Source: Ramazzottius varieornatus
Taxonomy: Eukaryota; Animalia; Tardigrada
Direction: 5' to 3'
NCBI GenBank assembly: GCA_001949185.1
Contig: BDGG01000013.1
Coordinates: 1,318,617-1,382,616, forward strand
Length of the DNA: 64,000 nucleotides
Shown here: one piece after another, positions 38,001 to 51,500 of the stretch
Position numbering within the stretch: position 1 is the stretch's first letter
How the letters are laid out: every line of letters starts with the position of its first letter
Made by a program: the position numbers and the translations under genes
Notes under the pieces: generated by a model
Databases searched by the model: none
Seen by the model: only the letters and a program-made list of their open reading frames with translations
Told to the model about the DNA's origin: nothing

Positions 38001-41000
38001 CCATATCGACCGGTTGACGGAATTAGGGAATGTAGGCCGCATTAACATAATTTCCCTCCCTACGCTAACTTCCACGGCCAGGGACAAAGCCTGGGGAAAT
38101 GCGGAGCTCCTGCTGGGCCACAGCATACACTTGACCAGTCATTGCGCATTCGAAATGCGCAGCCGCCGAGCGCGCATCACATCACCAACCTGCGTACACA
38201 CAGTGCGCTCTGGCTACCGGTGGTCCATCTACCGGTCACACTCAGTATCCCACTATCGGTCAGCTACTGAAGCCTACGACAGAAATCGTAGACCACAACG
38301 ACCACTCAAAAAAATCAATAATATCTTTGCCGAGTGTTCAGTTGGTGGCTCAAACCGACTGGGACGAAAGAAGCGTTTATCTAAGTCAGTTTTTCTAAAG
38401 GTCGGTCGCAGTCGACGATCAAACTAACAGGCTTTATCGACGGTCTTTTGCTTGGTTTACAAACATTCGGTTGGTGGCGATACCGTCATGGAATCTGGCG
38501 CTTTACTTTCGGACTCTTTTGTGAAATCTCCCGTTAACTTTGGTGCCCCATATTTCGACCTGACGCCTGGTACTGACGAGGAAGACCATCAATTCGGATA
38601 CGGTGGACAGAAATCACGCAAAAGGACTCTTGGGAGTCACTGAGGCCTATCATAAAGTATCATTCATTAGAGCGAGCTACAAAGTACCTACCGTCTAGAG
38701 CAGCCATTGAGATGCGATAGCTGTCAAACGATTGACTCCAGAATCCCGAATCCGGTTTCACGGATACATCCGTCGTCGTGGATGCCGGTGTCAGTCCTGT
38801 CACGTAACGTCCAGTTGGATTAGCAGCAGGGATAAGTCCGTCAGCTGCCGTGACAATCTGCAATAAATTCAAAATGGATCAGATGGCTTCGAATGGAATT
38901 GACCACTGGTCACACTTTGGTCGACTGACAGTGAAACGTTTCATCAAGGTTAGATTATACTGTCATTCATGAGTCGAGGCAACGGCTATGAGTAACAAAA
39001 GTGAACTTTTCGTCAGATGGTCACTGATATGCTCCGTGCGATTTCGGACGTTACTGCTGGTCACTCATTCGTTCCTTCCATTAAAAGTAGACTCACACTG
39101 CTTTTCACACAGGAAGAACTTAGACAAGCAGTAAAGCCAAGAAGACACAACAGATGCGTGACTGACTTTTCTCAGACATCGAAGCACAGCTGAACTACTC
39201 TCCTGGTCTCCAAATGCCAGTGGGATGAAGTCAGAAGTCAAAGAAAGTTCTGATATAAGCCTCTGCTCCATTTGACCATCCTTCTTCCCTCGCTCTACGT
39301 TCTCTTCTGGCAGCTACTGCTCAAACTTCCCCTATGGTGTATCATTTGACCATTAGCATCCGCTCTATTAATAACTGGTCTCATTACAGCAAAATGGACA
39401 AGCTTATAAGCTTCAAACACATCTGTATTGCAGTCCACAAGTTTCAACGGATTAGAAGTCTCCGCCTACTCTTGACATTTTTGAACCGTTTATGAAAATT
39501 ATGAAGCACCCTAGCATTTCAGCTGGTCAAACTCTTTCCCGCTCTTCGAGTGATCAGGAGGAGAAGGTTGCAATTTTTGTCAGCTGTGAATGAAGAGAGA
39601 TCAAGCACCTGCTCGGGTGCCTTCCTGAGTGTCCTACACGCATTAGTGACCATTGTCCATGTGCTGCTCATCGTCCATGGCGCCACTCCAGTTTACAATT
39701 AGGCCTGATTATCATTTTGAGAACTAATGGCCACTCTGTCCAACAGGCTATCATCATACTGCAGACCTCAAATTATGGATCGTGTTCAGCCTGACGCTTG
39801 TTTACAGATGCCTCAAATCAGAATAGCGACCAATGGTCGCAAATTACAGTTCGACGTTGCGTTTCAGCTTGTGGAAGCGATTCCCATTCATGAACACTGT
39901 CATTATCACCCCATTTTTAACTGAAAATTAGATCTATTTTGTCACAAGCTATGAATGAAGGCCAAACCAATCGAAAGTCGAAAACTAAAAGCGGTCCGAG
40001 TCACGTCGAAGTTCTCTGATACGCTATTCGATTTTGTTTTTAGGAAGTGTCCGGATGGGAAGGCTCACTCTACGGCCCTTCGGTTAGGTAGGCTAGAAAA
40101 AGTGTAGGGAAACGGCCATCGAATGTGAAGAGCCGATTGACCGATGATGTTCTTAAAAGCCAACGCTCAGACACTGGAAAAATGATCAAAAATCTGGTCG
40201 CATTTGAGCTTACAATCACTTTTTTGATCACGTGGTGATTCCGACAGTTTCAAGTTACGGTAGCGCCACCTCGTGTAAACAAACGGCACGCTTCTGCCCT
40301 GTTCCGGTCAAAGAGGCCCGCGTAAACGCTCAAACGATTCGCCGGGGCGGAAATTCAATCGCGGGACATCCTGCAGGAAGTGGTGATGCTCAACAAGGAT
40401 AGTTCCTGTTATGATAAACCGTTGAATTTCCTTGACCAGATGACACTGGCTCCTTCTTCTCCAAAGTTCAGCGCATATTGCTCTATGTTCATAACAATAT
40501 TTCAGCAGTTCATTTTCCCAGCGTTTGACCAGCGAATGACTAAATGATGACACACAACTCCCATGGTCAGTCCCATTATGCCTCTGTAGACAAGTTGTAC
40601 AAGCCAAGGGACTGTCCAGTAAAACTTCTCGTCATGAACAGCACATTTTCATAACAGCTGCGCATATGCGCCACAGCGATTCATTTAGTAACGTAAACAA
40701 CAATCAAGTGGCCCTTGGCTAGTGACCATGTGCTCCACGTTCCACAGGCCTAAATATGTGCCCATATTTCTCAAATTTCTGTTTATGCAGATCGCGACAA
40801 TCGGGCCTAGAAAAAGAGATCTAAAGTTGAACCTGGACATGGAAAGTACACGCACGACTGGAAATTATGGGGCCAGTAAGAATCATGGGACCAGGCCTTT
40901 TCGCTACGGCGGTACGGAAGCACGTACGTACGCGTTTCATTCACGGTAATACACTTTTCGACACTTTTCTACGTTTGAATTTCAGTCTTGCCGTCTTTTC

Positions 41001-44000
41001 CGCCTGGTCCCATAATTTTTACTGGTGCCATCATTTTCCGTCGTGCGTGTACGCTTCATTAATGGTAATTAAAAATTGGCCTGCTGTGCTATTTCCCATT
41101 CAGCGAGCGCCAACTAAACAGCACCACCCACATCCCAGTTAACCCATCCAGATGTCACCCTTGTTAACATCGGAAACTCGAACAAAAAGTCAGAAAGTCT
41201 CGCGAATAGTGCAGTAGGAAATTTTTCCATGAACGTAATCATTTTTTTACCAGAAGAGCGCGCGCAGTTGCAGACGTCGATCAGTTCGCCGCCGAGTTCG
41301 GCTTTTTTCTACGGATGGTGACAAGATTTCACGAGCAAACGCGATCGGAAAGGGTTAGAAGGATTTTGAAGTTCAGAGATCGAGCATTGAACCTCAACGA
41401 GGAAAACTCATGAGAGGATGTATGCAGATGGACATTTGATACCGGACGTCACATCGTTAGGCATTATTTTTCTCCGCTGACTGACCAGCGGCACCACATC
41501 CAAGATGGCGCGCAGGCCGGCAGAGATCTCAAGTAGAGCTTGAAGGATGGTGGTCAGTGTCCGACCTGATAAGTTGCTTAAACGCTATTCTAAACCTCCA
41601 AACCATCCACTCCACTCCTGCCAGTCTCTTCTACACTCCTCCATTTCATCAAAAGCATGTGTTGTGTTTTTCGGCCAGTTTAAAGCACTCCATGGTCAAT
41701 AGTGTCTGAAAAGTTACACCCGCCTTGAAGAGTAGCCAAAGCCCTGCTTGAAAAGGAAGGCAACCTTCAGCGCTTTCCTCTCTTTCTCCCAAAGTTAATC
41801 CCCACCCGGAACACAGCAACAACATCATTGACCAAACTGACCAAGTGCGATCCACGATAAGCTCCTATACAGTACTTCTGTCCATCATATCCGACAAAAA
41901 CATGCCTCTTTTTCCCTATCACCGAAATTTATCAGAAATTAATCGGCTACTGTGGTTACATTCGTCATTTTGCATCAGCCTTCGGCAAGGCCGCACATAA
42001 ACAGTCAAACTGATGAATAATTGTGATAACGAGATGATTGAGCTTGTTCGTTGGGAATACATCTGAAACGATGACAATCAAAAAGGGATTCCTGTGGTGC
42101 GCAGTGCTGGCGACCAACCACCGGAAACAAATGTTTAGACCTAACGCTTCTGACCTTCGGCTTGATTGCCCCCCAGTAAAGAATCCCTAGCTGTTGAAAT
42201 AATGAGCCACCTTCTCCAGTTTCCAATTCATTCCCCAGCCGCTCAGCGCCAAATGGTCTTTTAATTTACGCAAAAGGGATAAGCCGAGCCACGTGTTCCC
42301 TTTTCCAATTGAGAGGCATATCGTGTTCCATAATCCACATTTGGGCATTTCATTTGAACGTCAACCTTGACCCATCTGTATGTAAACGGTATTTGGAAGG
42401 TTTTCCAGTGGCGCGGTCGATATACTCGTGACGTGTTCCATGCTTTCTTTGTGGTTGCGTTGTGTGACGCTGTCCGCCCATTAGCCGACATTCGGACGTT
42501 CATTACATCAAGTGTTTCGGCTGGTGCAGAAATTGTTAACGTGGGTATGAGGACAAGATGCCGGTCAGTGATTACACTCATACGAAGAACGGGCAAAGTC
42601 CAATCTATGAGTTGTAACGATGACGCTGGTCTGGACGGTGGTTATTACAGTCTTTGACGGGAGAGGCATTAGGAGCAAAGGATCGGCGACTACCCCATTT
42701 CAGCATTCTTAAGCATGCTCTAATAGCCACTGGTCGGCGAGAGTCCCCCTCGTCTAATCAAGATCTGACTTCAACCTGATGAATTGACAGATATGAGCAG
42801 GCGGAACAGTGGCATGCAGAGGGGATTTTCTTTCTTAACGATGAAGCTAGAGTCAATATGAAATGATGGACATATTGACTCGGCATCTCAAGTGAGGCCT
42901 CGTACAAGAAAATATTTAATTACGGCCAAAGTCCAGATAAAACCAACAATTTTCCCAGTCAGCTGCTGAAGTGTCAGTTGAATGCACCAAGGACTGTTTG
43001 AGCGAAGCCTGGAGAGTCATCTGGCCAAATATGATGGCTTGTCCAGTCCACACATCTTTGACATGGACCGAATAACTCTTTCCTGTCTGCCGTTCCGCTG
43101 TTGGGCAACGGATACAGGTTCGCCAGTTTTTTTTCTGGCGAGCTCTGGTAATCTGGAAAACGCATCGTGCGAAAGTTTTGACAACAAAAGAACGAAAACG
43201 TGTCGTCTGTTGTAAGACACCGGTCTGCATCTCGACAAACGCTAATGACGTTTATAGAGTAGTAGAAGCATCAACCTTCGCCAGGGAAATTTCTGGAATG
43301 CTTCACAATCTTTTTACGGTTCAGATCTGTGGTTGAATCTTCGAAAGTGCGGTCAGAACGACGAGGGGAACTTTAGGACTATCAGACGCCGATTTCGGTT
43401 TCGATGCTTTCAAGTGGTAGGTTAGCCTCGTAGCATACTTCGGGCAAGCAGGTAGTCATGCCCTAAACCCCTCCCTGAAGCTGGAGAAAATCCTGAAAGC
43501 TGTAGCCGTTGTCCATCCCGTATGAAACCACCAAGTTCCCGTCTGTCTTTTGGTTCCCCCGTCGTCGGCAGCGAAAATGAAGTAAATGTACTCCCNNNNN
43601 NNNNNNNNNNNNNNNNNNNNNNNNNNNNNNNNNNNNNNNNNNNNNGACGACTCAATGTTACCGAAGCATCACATGACTCAGGGGACTTGATTTTGAGCAT
43701 GGTCCACCGTCCTTGTTCACGATCAGTTCGTTGGCGTCATCTTCTTTTCCGAAGTTATTTCGGGGCTAGAAATTAGGTCGGGTATTCTTGGGATATTCAT
43801 ACAGAAGACCAACTGTTCGGCATGTTGGCAGACTTGGAAGGCTAGCGCATTAGCGCTTGCTCGTCGACTTATCATTCCTCGTGTGTTGACCAAAGTACCG
43901 GTTGCTCGCAGTTCACATCCATACCATCAGCTGAAACGTCAAGATACAAAATGGCCGAATCTACAGCTAGCTCCTCATCATATATCTGTCTGTTTTTACG

Positions 44001-47000
44001 TTTGCACCGATTGGGGCAATCCGCAAACACACACCAGGGCTTGTCACTCCCAGCTTGTCGGCAAACACGCTCGTATATCTTTTTCTCGTCTACCGAACAA
44101 ACAGTGGGCGCGGTACGTCGTCGCTGTATGCGGCGACATTTAGCATGTCAGGAAAAAATGTAGAACGTGCTTTCGCAGTTGGTGCAGCGCCAATGTTAGT
44201 ACTCGTACTTGAGGTTTTGATTGATAGTTCCAAAAAACCGCCCCGGCGCGACAGTTTCTTGTCAATAGAGGAATTTAGAGCAGTAAAGAATACAATCAAA
44301 GAGATATTTTTCAACTTTGAGCCCACTCTTCCAATACTGTTTCATGTCAACTAGGCAAAGGAATAATGCAAACAGACTGTCTTCTGCTCAATTTGTTGCG
44401 TACACTCTAAAATGTGACTGTACTAGCTGGCAAACAGCGAAAAAATAAATTACATCGTCCCGAGTCTTCGAAAACGTTCAATCACTGAAAAACCACGATT
44501 GTGTTTCGGAAAAAATAGAATTGGTAGAGCAAGTGGGAAATCGATCAAATTACGTTTTCCCCCCGTAGATTCTGCAGACTAACTGAGTAGAAGTTCACGC
44601 ACAGCGCCCTCATACTCAGTGTATTTTCTACGATGTTTTTAGTGGAAAAAAGCTCTTTTGTGCAGCCACCTTCTACACCTTGGACAGAGAACCGGAGCGG
44701 GCTCATCTGCATGCATCAAGCTTCATTTACGCATCAATTAAGTCAATGCATACATCAAATTAGCTACGATTCTCCCTCAACACGTCGGTAATTACGAAAT
44801 GAGGATCATCACGAACTACGCAACAATCTGCCGAATTGCACTTGACACTGCGGTGTCCATTTGTGGTCAAATATCTAGCTAGCCCGTGTTCTGTCAGTAC
44901 AAAAGCAACGCAGCCCCACAGTTACGAGGGCCACTTGCAACAACACCTAAATGCCCCGTAAAGTGTGCTGCGTTGTGCCGTTTCCTGTTGTTCAAGAGTT
45001 GTTGCGGCTTGGCCCTCACTGGCCTCCATCACTCACACGTACACAAAAGGCCATATCTCTTCCTCCATAATCTCGGCCTGTCTGAATAGCCCCTGGTTAT
45101 GAGAGCAATTAGTATTTGCTGTAGGAGGTCGCGGCGAAGCACAAAAGCCTTTGACACACGGTCGTAAAAGCTTTCGATCGACCATAGTCCAGCAACTCCT
45201 GACAGGCTTGACCGACTGGTCCAACACTGCTCAATCGGCCAACCGACCAGAAGAGGGAGCCGTATGGCTCGCAAAACCTGTGATGCCCGTAACGAACCGA
45301 ATGCCAGGGTTAAATCTACATTTAGGAGTTGTCTCAAGTAGCACACTCTTTCAGTGTTATTGGCTGGGAATGTGCACCACCTGATCGAGTTTGGGGATTT
45401 TCCAAAGTGGCGCACTTTCCTGGATTGATCCATTGCGTGATTAGCATGTTTCTGGGTTCGTTGTCAAGAATGGGGCGGAGAACCGTCGGTCAGCTAGGTC
45501 TGACGCCCAGCACTTAAATTGCAAGCGGGAATCAAGTGTCCATCAATCAGTCTCATGCAAGGTCGGAAGTGCAGGCTGGCTGAATCGCTATATGAAAAAT
45601 CACACAATGCACTGCCTCGTGTTGTGTCGATTACGCCAATAAATATGCATGGAACGCCGGCAGAAGTTGCACACACGGCATCGATAAAGCTTGACCAGCG
45701 GTCAGAAAGGATGCCTTATGAATATGCATAATAAATCCATCAGATGATACATTGGGGTTATTTAATATGACACAATAGCCGATCGCGGCCTGCGCTGTGT
45801 ATCTTCATACAAAAGCGACGCTTATGCACGCAACAATTGTTTCGATTGACAATTCGCGCGGTTCTGCCTCAGCGAATTTTGCCCAGGACAACAGTATAAA
45901 TAGCCAGTTAAGTAACAACACGCTGAGATCAAAATGGTGGGAAAGAAACCAGAAGCGCCGTCGTAAATCACCCTGCTGAGATGCTAGCATGAGCAAAATA
46001 TCGTAGAAAAATGTATGATATCAAATCGTCCGTACAAATTCGTCGTCCGTACAAATTCCCGACGAAAGTCAAGTTGAATTCCTGAAGTCAAAAAATACCT
46101 TCTCAAAGGACCTGAAAACTGTTTTGAGGTTTTGGACTGAAGACTCGTCCACTTGCATTCCACTTCGGACTGAGGTTAGAGTTGAACGCTTGATTAACAG
46201 GAGAACAAGGAAGGACTCTGTTCGCCCATCTGGTTTCCTATCACGAACCAGATACGGTTCGTGGCACTAAAAAAGTTTGTTGTGGCTCCGTACAGCATAT
46301 TTTCCCAGTAGCACCGTGCCTTTGAACGATAAGAAGCTAGAGCTAAGCCGAAAGTACATATGTGGCTTCGGTAGCTGTGAAGTATGAGGAGCCCATATTT
46401 GTGGCGCTAGTGTGTAAAATGCAACTTTTTGCTGGTCGTTCGCTTCAGCACTTTCTTTCCTTCAAGAGCAGGGAGATCAAACCATGGCATGTTTTAAAAA
46501 AAACACCATCGACTGTATACTGCACGTCACAGTCAAGTTTTCCTTGTCTACCCCGCTAATCGTGTTTCTCATCGGAAGCTGAGGCTTCTTATCAGCTTAG
46601 AAATATGGTGGGGAGCCGCATGAGCGGCAAGAAGACAGAAATTCTGTGCGCCGATCAAAAATATGTTTCACGGTTCAACAAGTCGCTCGGGCCAATTAAA
46701 AATCTCCGCAGATCGAATTCGATCCGTCTTAATAACAGTGTGGCCGGGTGTCATTTGATAATGTGCAACAATCTGTAATGTTTTTCAATTCGCATTTCAA
46801 CACTATCGGAAAGTCATGTCAAAGAGAGATCGCCGATCGACACATCCGCCTTAGAAACGTAAACCCATAAACTACTTTGTAGAAAAGCTTCAATCTTTTC
46901 TTTTCTTTTCTGTTCTGATCCTTTTACCAACGTCAGAAAATCCGCTTTTGATTTCAAACCTCCGAGCGAAGGCGGTGTCCATCAGTGCACTGCGCTGCGA

Positions 47001-47971
47001 ACAATTGACCACATGTAACCACCACTTTGACCAGGCTAGACCAACGAAAGACATTTCCGATTAGCCACAGGAATTTAAATTACAGATACCCTCAAACACA
47101 CGTGGCAGTGGTAATGCTATCCGTCTAGAGTTTAAACGATCCCGGCCATTCCCTTTCAAACCACGGTCGAACGAATGCCCATCACCCCCGTGCAAACACC
47201 ACTGTGCTTCCTGTATGCAGGTGCCGAGATATGAGAACCCCACAAACTGACACCTGGATGCCAAATTAACTGGAAAATATCGTACACAAGGTATGTATCT
47301 CCCTGTCTCACACCGAGTTAGCCGGAAACCTAACACGAAAGATCGAGGCATGGCATGAAATCAATCAACGAAGTTACACATGTGCTGTCCACATGTACGC
47401 GCTGTATTGACCACACATTACTCCATTGTGCATCTCCTGTCACCTGCCTCACGCAAAGCGCCGGTCAGGCGTCAGAGACCATTATTTGAGGCGCCTCGGA
47501 AGCGAGTCCATCTGTCGATATTTCACTGTTGGGTATGAAAAGGGATACGGCGGAAGCGAGCGGAAGTTATCAGTATCCCAGCGGTAGTCTTCAGGTGTAA
47601 ATCATGTCACAATGTCCAACAGTAACGTCTTCGTTTTCTATCTCGCAGCGAGACGTCTCAAAACCGAACGGAATTTGTACAAATCGCTTTCATAAGCGCA
47701 TATTTTTGTGCTGTAGAGCGCACATTTTAAATTCTATTCATACCTCTGAAGTACGAGCCGAGCTGTCCGTTAGCTGAATATTTTCCAAATGATCCAAGCA
47801 GATATCCAACGTTAGCTGCAGATTATCTTCCGGTCCGCTGAAGGGTCGGTAGGAGACAGACGGTGATTCGGCGTTGAGGTCGCTATCGTTGTAATCACGA
47901 ATGTCTTCTTGCACAACCGGCAATGAAGTCCTGTAAGATAGCACAGATGAGCGCGGTCGCAAAGTAAACAT
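32019..47971 (-). CDS. MRL-family adaptor (pico/MIG-10/lamellipodin RAPH1/RIAM APBB1IP-like): RA + PH domains + proline-rich tail
   Basis: Exon 47971-47744 splices in phase to 38857-38692 (DSYRISMAALD), then DVDLDAILGELCAL, SPDNDSAFSD, EKIKRALEKI, RFFEDHENLVE, LRSSGLYYSTK, KKKHKAPTDYGF, WMAGIRIAKYG and the tail LPPPPP/PPPPKRS. Confidence 0.92.
40330..40700 (-). mobile_element. Highly degraded Tc1/mariner-type transposase fragment
   Basis: VLF-[frameshift]-DEKF and HFLQD..P pieces resembling the first two catalytic Asp motifs. Confidence 0.35.
40847..41051. mobile_element. MITE, family A
   Basis: TACACGCACGAC / GTCGTGCGTGTA termini with TA. Interior aligns with 4367..4547. Confidence 0.88.
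42100..42420 (-). mobile_element. Possible degraded Tc1/maT transposase C-terminal fragment
   Basis: QLGILYWGAIKPKV resembles the PLD...WG..K.KV motif. Confidence 0.3.
43596..43645. other. Assembly gap (50 N)
   Basis: Run of N. Confidence 1.
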
Positions 47972-48049
47972 CTTTGGTGGGTCTGTGTACAAGCACAGCA
48001 AATTGCAATGATGTTATTTGTTTGCTAAGAAAGTCTTGGCGTATATTAC

Positions 48050-48520
48050 AACGTCGTTGGTAGTAACGTTACGGATGAACAGATCTACAGCCAGAACCAT
48101 GCTTCTCTCCAAAAGCGCAATCGGAACGGCGTTTACTACAGAACTACACAAACTAAACGGTATACCCATTTTTCCTCTTTCCGTCAAACTCTCGACTGTG
48201 AAAGCTTTTCGGAGCTCTCTACGCTCCCACTGACCAAACAGCTGATTACAGGCTTTGCTTGTACCCCGTGCCACGCCCTAAACTTACCTAGACTCCACCT
48301 CCAGTCCGGTCAGACCAATCATAAACGGTTTCTTAAGATTGTTTCTCAGATTCGTTCGTGATCTGGGTTTTGGCATGACTAAAGTTGTTTTGGCGTACGA
48401 TTGCTCAAATATCTCAGTTGAAGATCGATTACGGCCAAAAGTATCGTCTATAATGTTTAAAGAAACTGCCCAGGTGGCGCTGCAGTATTCCAGCAAGTTT
48501 TACTGATTTTGAAGCCTCGT
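48050..48520 (-). mobile_element. Possible degraded 3' end of a CR1/L2-type LINE
   Basis: LLEYCSATW and, downstream, FS..SVVNA resemble the LEYCS.VW and FS.RVVN.WN motifs. Confidence 0.3.
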
Positions 48521-51500
48521 TAACATAGTTTCGAAGAGAAGTGACGCACTATTCGAGTCTACAACCGCATCTTACTTTATGATGACACCCCATAGCAGCT
48601 CTGGTTAAGTACGGCACTAGAGAGTTCTACGCCGGAAATAACGATGGGTCCAAAGTCGGGGCATTAAGCAACGAGCTTGCGCCGGCAGCTCGAGCATCTT
48701 CATGTTTCCTGATGAACTGAAAAGCGCACTTTAAGCAGATGGTTGAGCCAATTGATGGCCGGTACTTATTACGTAAAAAAACATCAAGCCAGAGTGTCAA
48801 AGGCGCGTTTAACATGAACAGAGCACCTCGCTACTCTGTCGTTGACTTTGTGACGACAGGAAACCCACACTGCACGCAGCAGGTTAGTTTCCACCCAACA
48901 ATTCCACCTGCTGCTTGTTGGCTGAAGAATCTCGTCAACTCAACGCACTTTACTTCACACTGTGTAACAAGCAGCTATAAAATTGTACATAAATATCGAT
49001 ATCAAAGTTTCAACATTAAGCTTGGCACTTGTGTGCTCTGATATGGGACGTCGGCAAATGAACTTACCCACACCATCACCTCAAGTGGCGCACGTTTCCG
49101 TTGTTAGCAACCACAACTGTGCGCCACTGGGAGGGAAATGCTTTTCCCGACGTCTCATACATTGGCCACTTGTGTGACAGCAGGTTACAGTACTGTACAA
49201 GCCTTGTTTCGAGTTCCCAGCACAGCACAGTACACGGATGGGTAAATAATGAGGCGCCATTGTCAGAACAGTGATGGGAACACCGGAAAAAGTCTTGCGC
49301 AAGTGTCATGTAGTGTCTACAGCAGATACTTCCCGGGAGATTGATAGGCTCCACCAGGAAGAACCATGTAATCAAGGTCGTGACTTTTGGCGCCTGGAAA
49401 AACTAGACAGCGCACCCCGAACAAAGTTCAATGTACACAATAAACATTAATATCCATCAATAACACTTCCTGAATATTTTTCTGTCCCTTGTAACAAATC
49501 GATTCAAAGGGGAGAACTTTTTCAGACATCTTAAAGTGTATCTCAGGGGACGCTTTTGGATCAGACGGCAATTTTGGAACGTAAGGAAGCCGTCCCAAGC
49601 CGCATGTTTATTTAATATGCGCTACTACATTCCAGCCAGTCTGGATTTAAACTCCAATCAGCGGAACTCTAGCTGGGTGTTCAGTCTGAAGTCCTTCCAA
49701 GACCAGCTTGACCCATTTCTTAATTTCTCTTCTGCTTGGAAACTCATTCTGGCCACCGTTACATCGCTCAACTGATCGGAAAAGCATGTAGTCTCGTACA
49801 AACAGAATTTGAACACAACTGTAGATAATCGCTGAGAAAACGCGCAAACGGCGTATATCATAATATGAAATAATATTATTGCGAAACTGTGGCGATCGGA
49901 ACTCGAAGCATTTAGATTGCGCTCCAAGTGCAGAACGACATTTATCAAAACGCTGCTGAGCCTCGCAGCTTTCTTTTCGTAAAATTCTGAAACGCTCAGT
50001 TCACTGTAGCTATGTTGTCCGGAAGGTTCGCGGATCGTACAGAAGGCGTCATTGGCATGAACTGTCAAAGGACTTACATTAGGCTAGACAGTGGAAAGAC
50101 CTCTCACTACGTAAATGGGGGAATCGGAATTATGATCCGTCGAAACTCGATATGCTCGATTAGCATAAGCAGATACAGCCGTCGAGAAACCCACTGCAAC
50201 ATCTAGCGGGTCATAATCTGCAAAGATTCCCGACTTAACACTCCTGAAATGGACAGAACTAAGCCAAATTGTCGATTTGGAAAGATCACACGAAGCTTCG
50301 AAACAATAGTCCACTTGTTCTAACAAAGGAGCCACTTTCCCATTCACGGTATTACTCAACTCTCACTTTTCACATTCCTACAGAAACTAAAAACGTTCTT
50401 CAGAAAAGAAAGCGGTCATGAAAACGCGGTGAGAGCGAAAAGCTGTTGAAAGATCCTCAAACAATGGTTCGCCGCAAGGTAATTTCACGCGTTCGTCTCC
50501 CCAATTCCGTCATTTATCTTTTAAGCGTAATAACGTCAAATCCAAGTGACGCAACTCATGTCATACATTCGAGAAGGGCGGAAACACTCATGGTAAGATG
50601 AAACTTCCACTGACAAATAAACAAGGTCAACATCAGCGCTACAATGTCAGCAAGCCTGTCAGACACTCTTTATTGCGTGGGGACCTCCCATTACTCGTCT
50701 GGAATGCATCTACTGGGAGCGCCGCAATCAGCAAAGTGTCTTCAGCTCGTATTTATGTAATTTGCGATGTCCGTTCTCCTCCAACAAGCCACCATTACAA
50801 TTAACGGTCTCATGACAAGCAATCAACAACGCTAGATGTGCTTTCGCTGATGATCAACGCTACAGTCCACTCTTTGATGGAAAATTACAATCGGCATTAA
50901 TCAACCCTATGTAACCTTCAGCGATAACCGCGCTGCCTTTTCTTTTCAATCAACGGAGCCACCTAGCCAATTATGTATAATTACAACGTCATTATAACAT
51001 TCCTCGCTGTTTTCCGCCTGTTCGAATCCCATTTTACAGGTCAAGACGCTACTTTGGATTATTAATGAGACAATCGAAACAGTTTCCGTATTTTCCAAAA
51101 CAGGTCCACGAAAGCTTTACCGCACTTACGTCAAAACGTAGTTCGAAGGTTCCAAGAAAAGTACCCGCCGTCAAAATATTCATTCAGGGAGTCGTAAATA
51201 GTATAAATTCAGACACAGAAACAGAGGAAAGAGTACAGGGCAAAACTGCCCTCAAATGCAACCTTCTAAGCAGTTAGTCCCAGTGCAAATACGGACCGTA
51301 TGAAAGTGGACTACTTTGGGCATGCTTTTTGCCAACTGACGTGCCTAACTGCGGTACTAAAGGAGAGTATACCCACTATTTCGCAAACATGAGCTCATGT
51401 TCATAGTTTAATATTTCCGCCGACGACGACAAGATTTCGAGCCTTCGGTGTTAATCGCAACCTCTCTTCTACACGAATATCTCACTGCATCATGTTAGCG

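Noticed and set aside
42916-43300. Possible piggyBac C-terminal Cys-rich remnant (RTCIRC / CQRC)
   Set aside because: It needs several frameshifts, and no TIR or TTAA pair was found.
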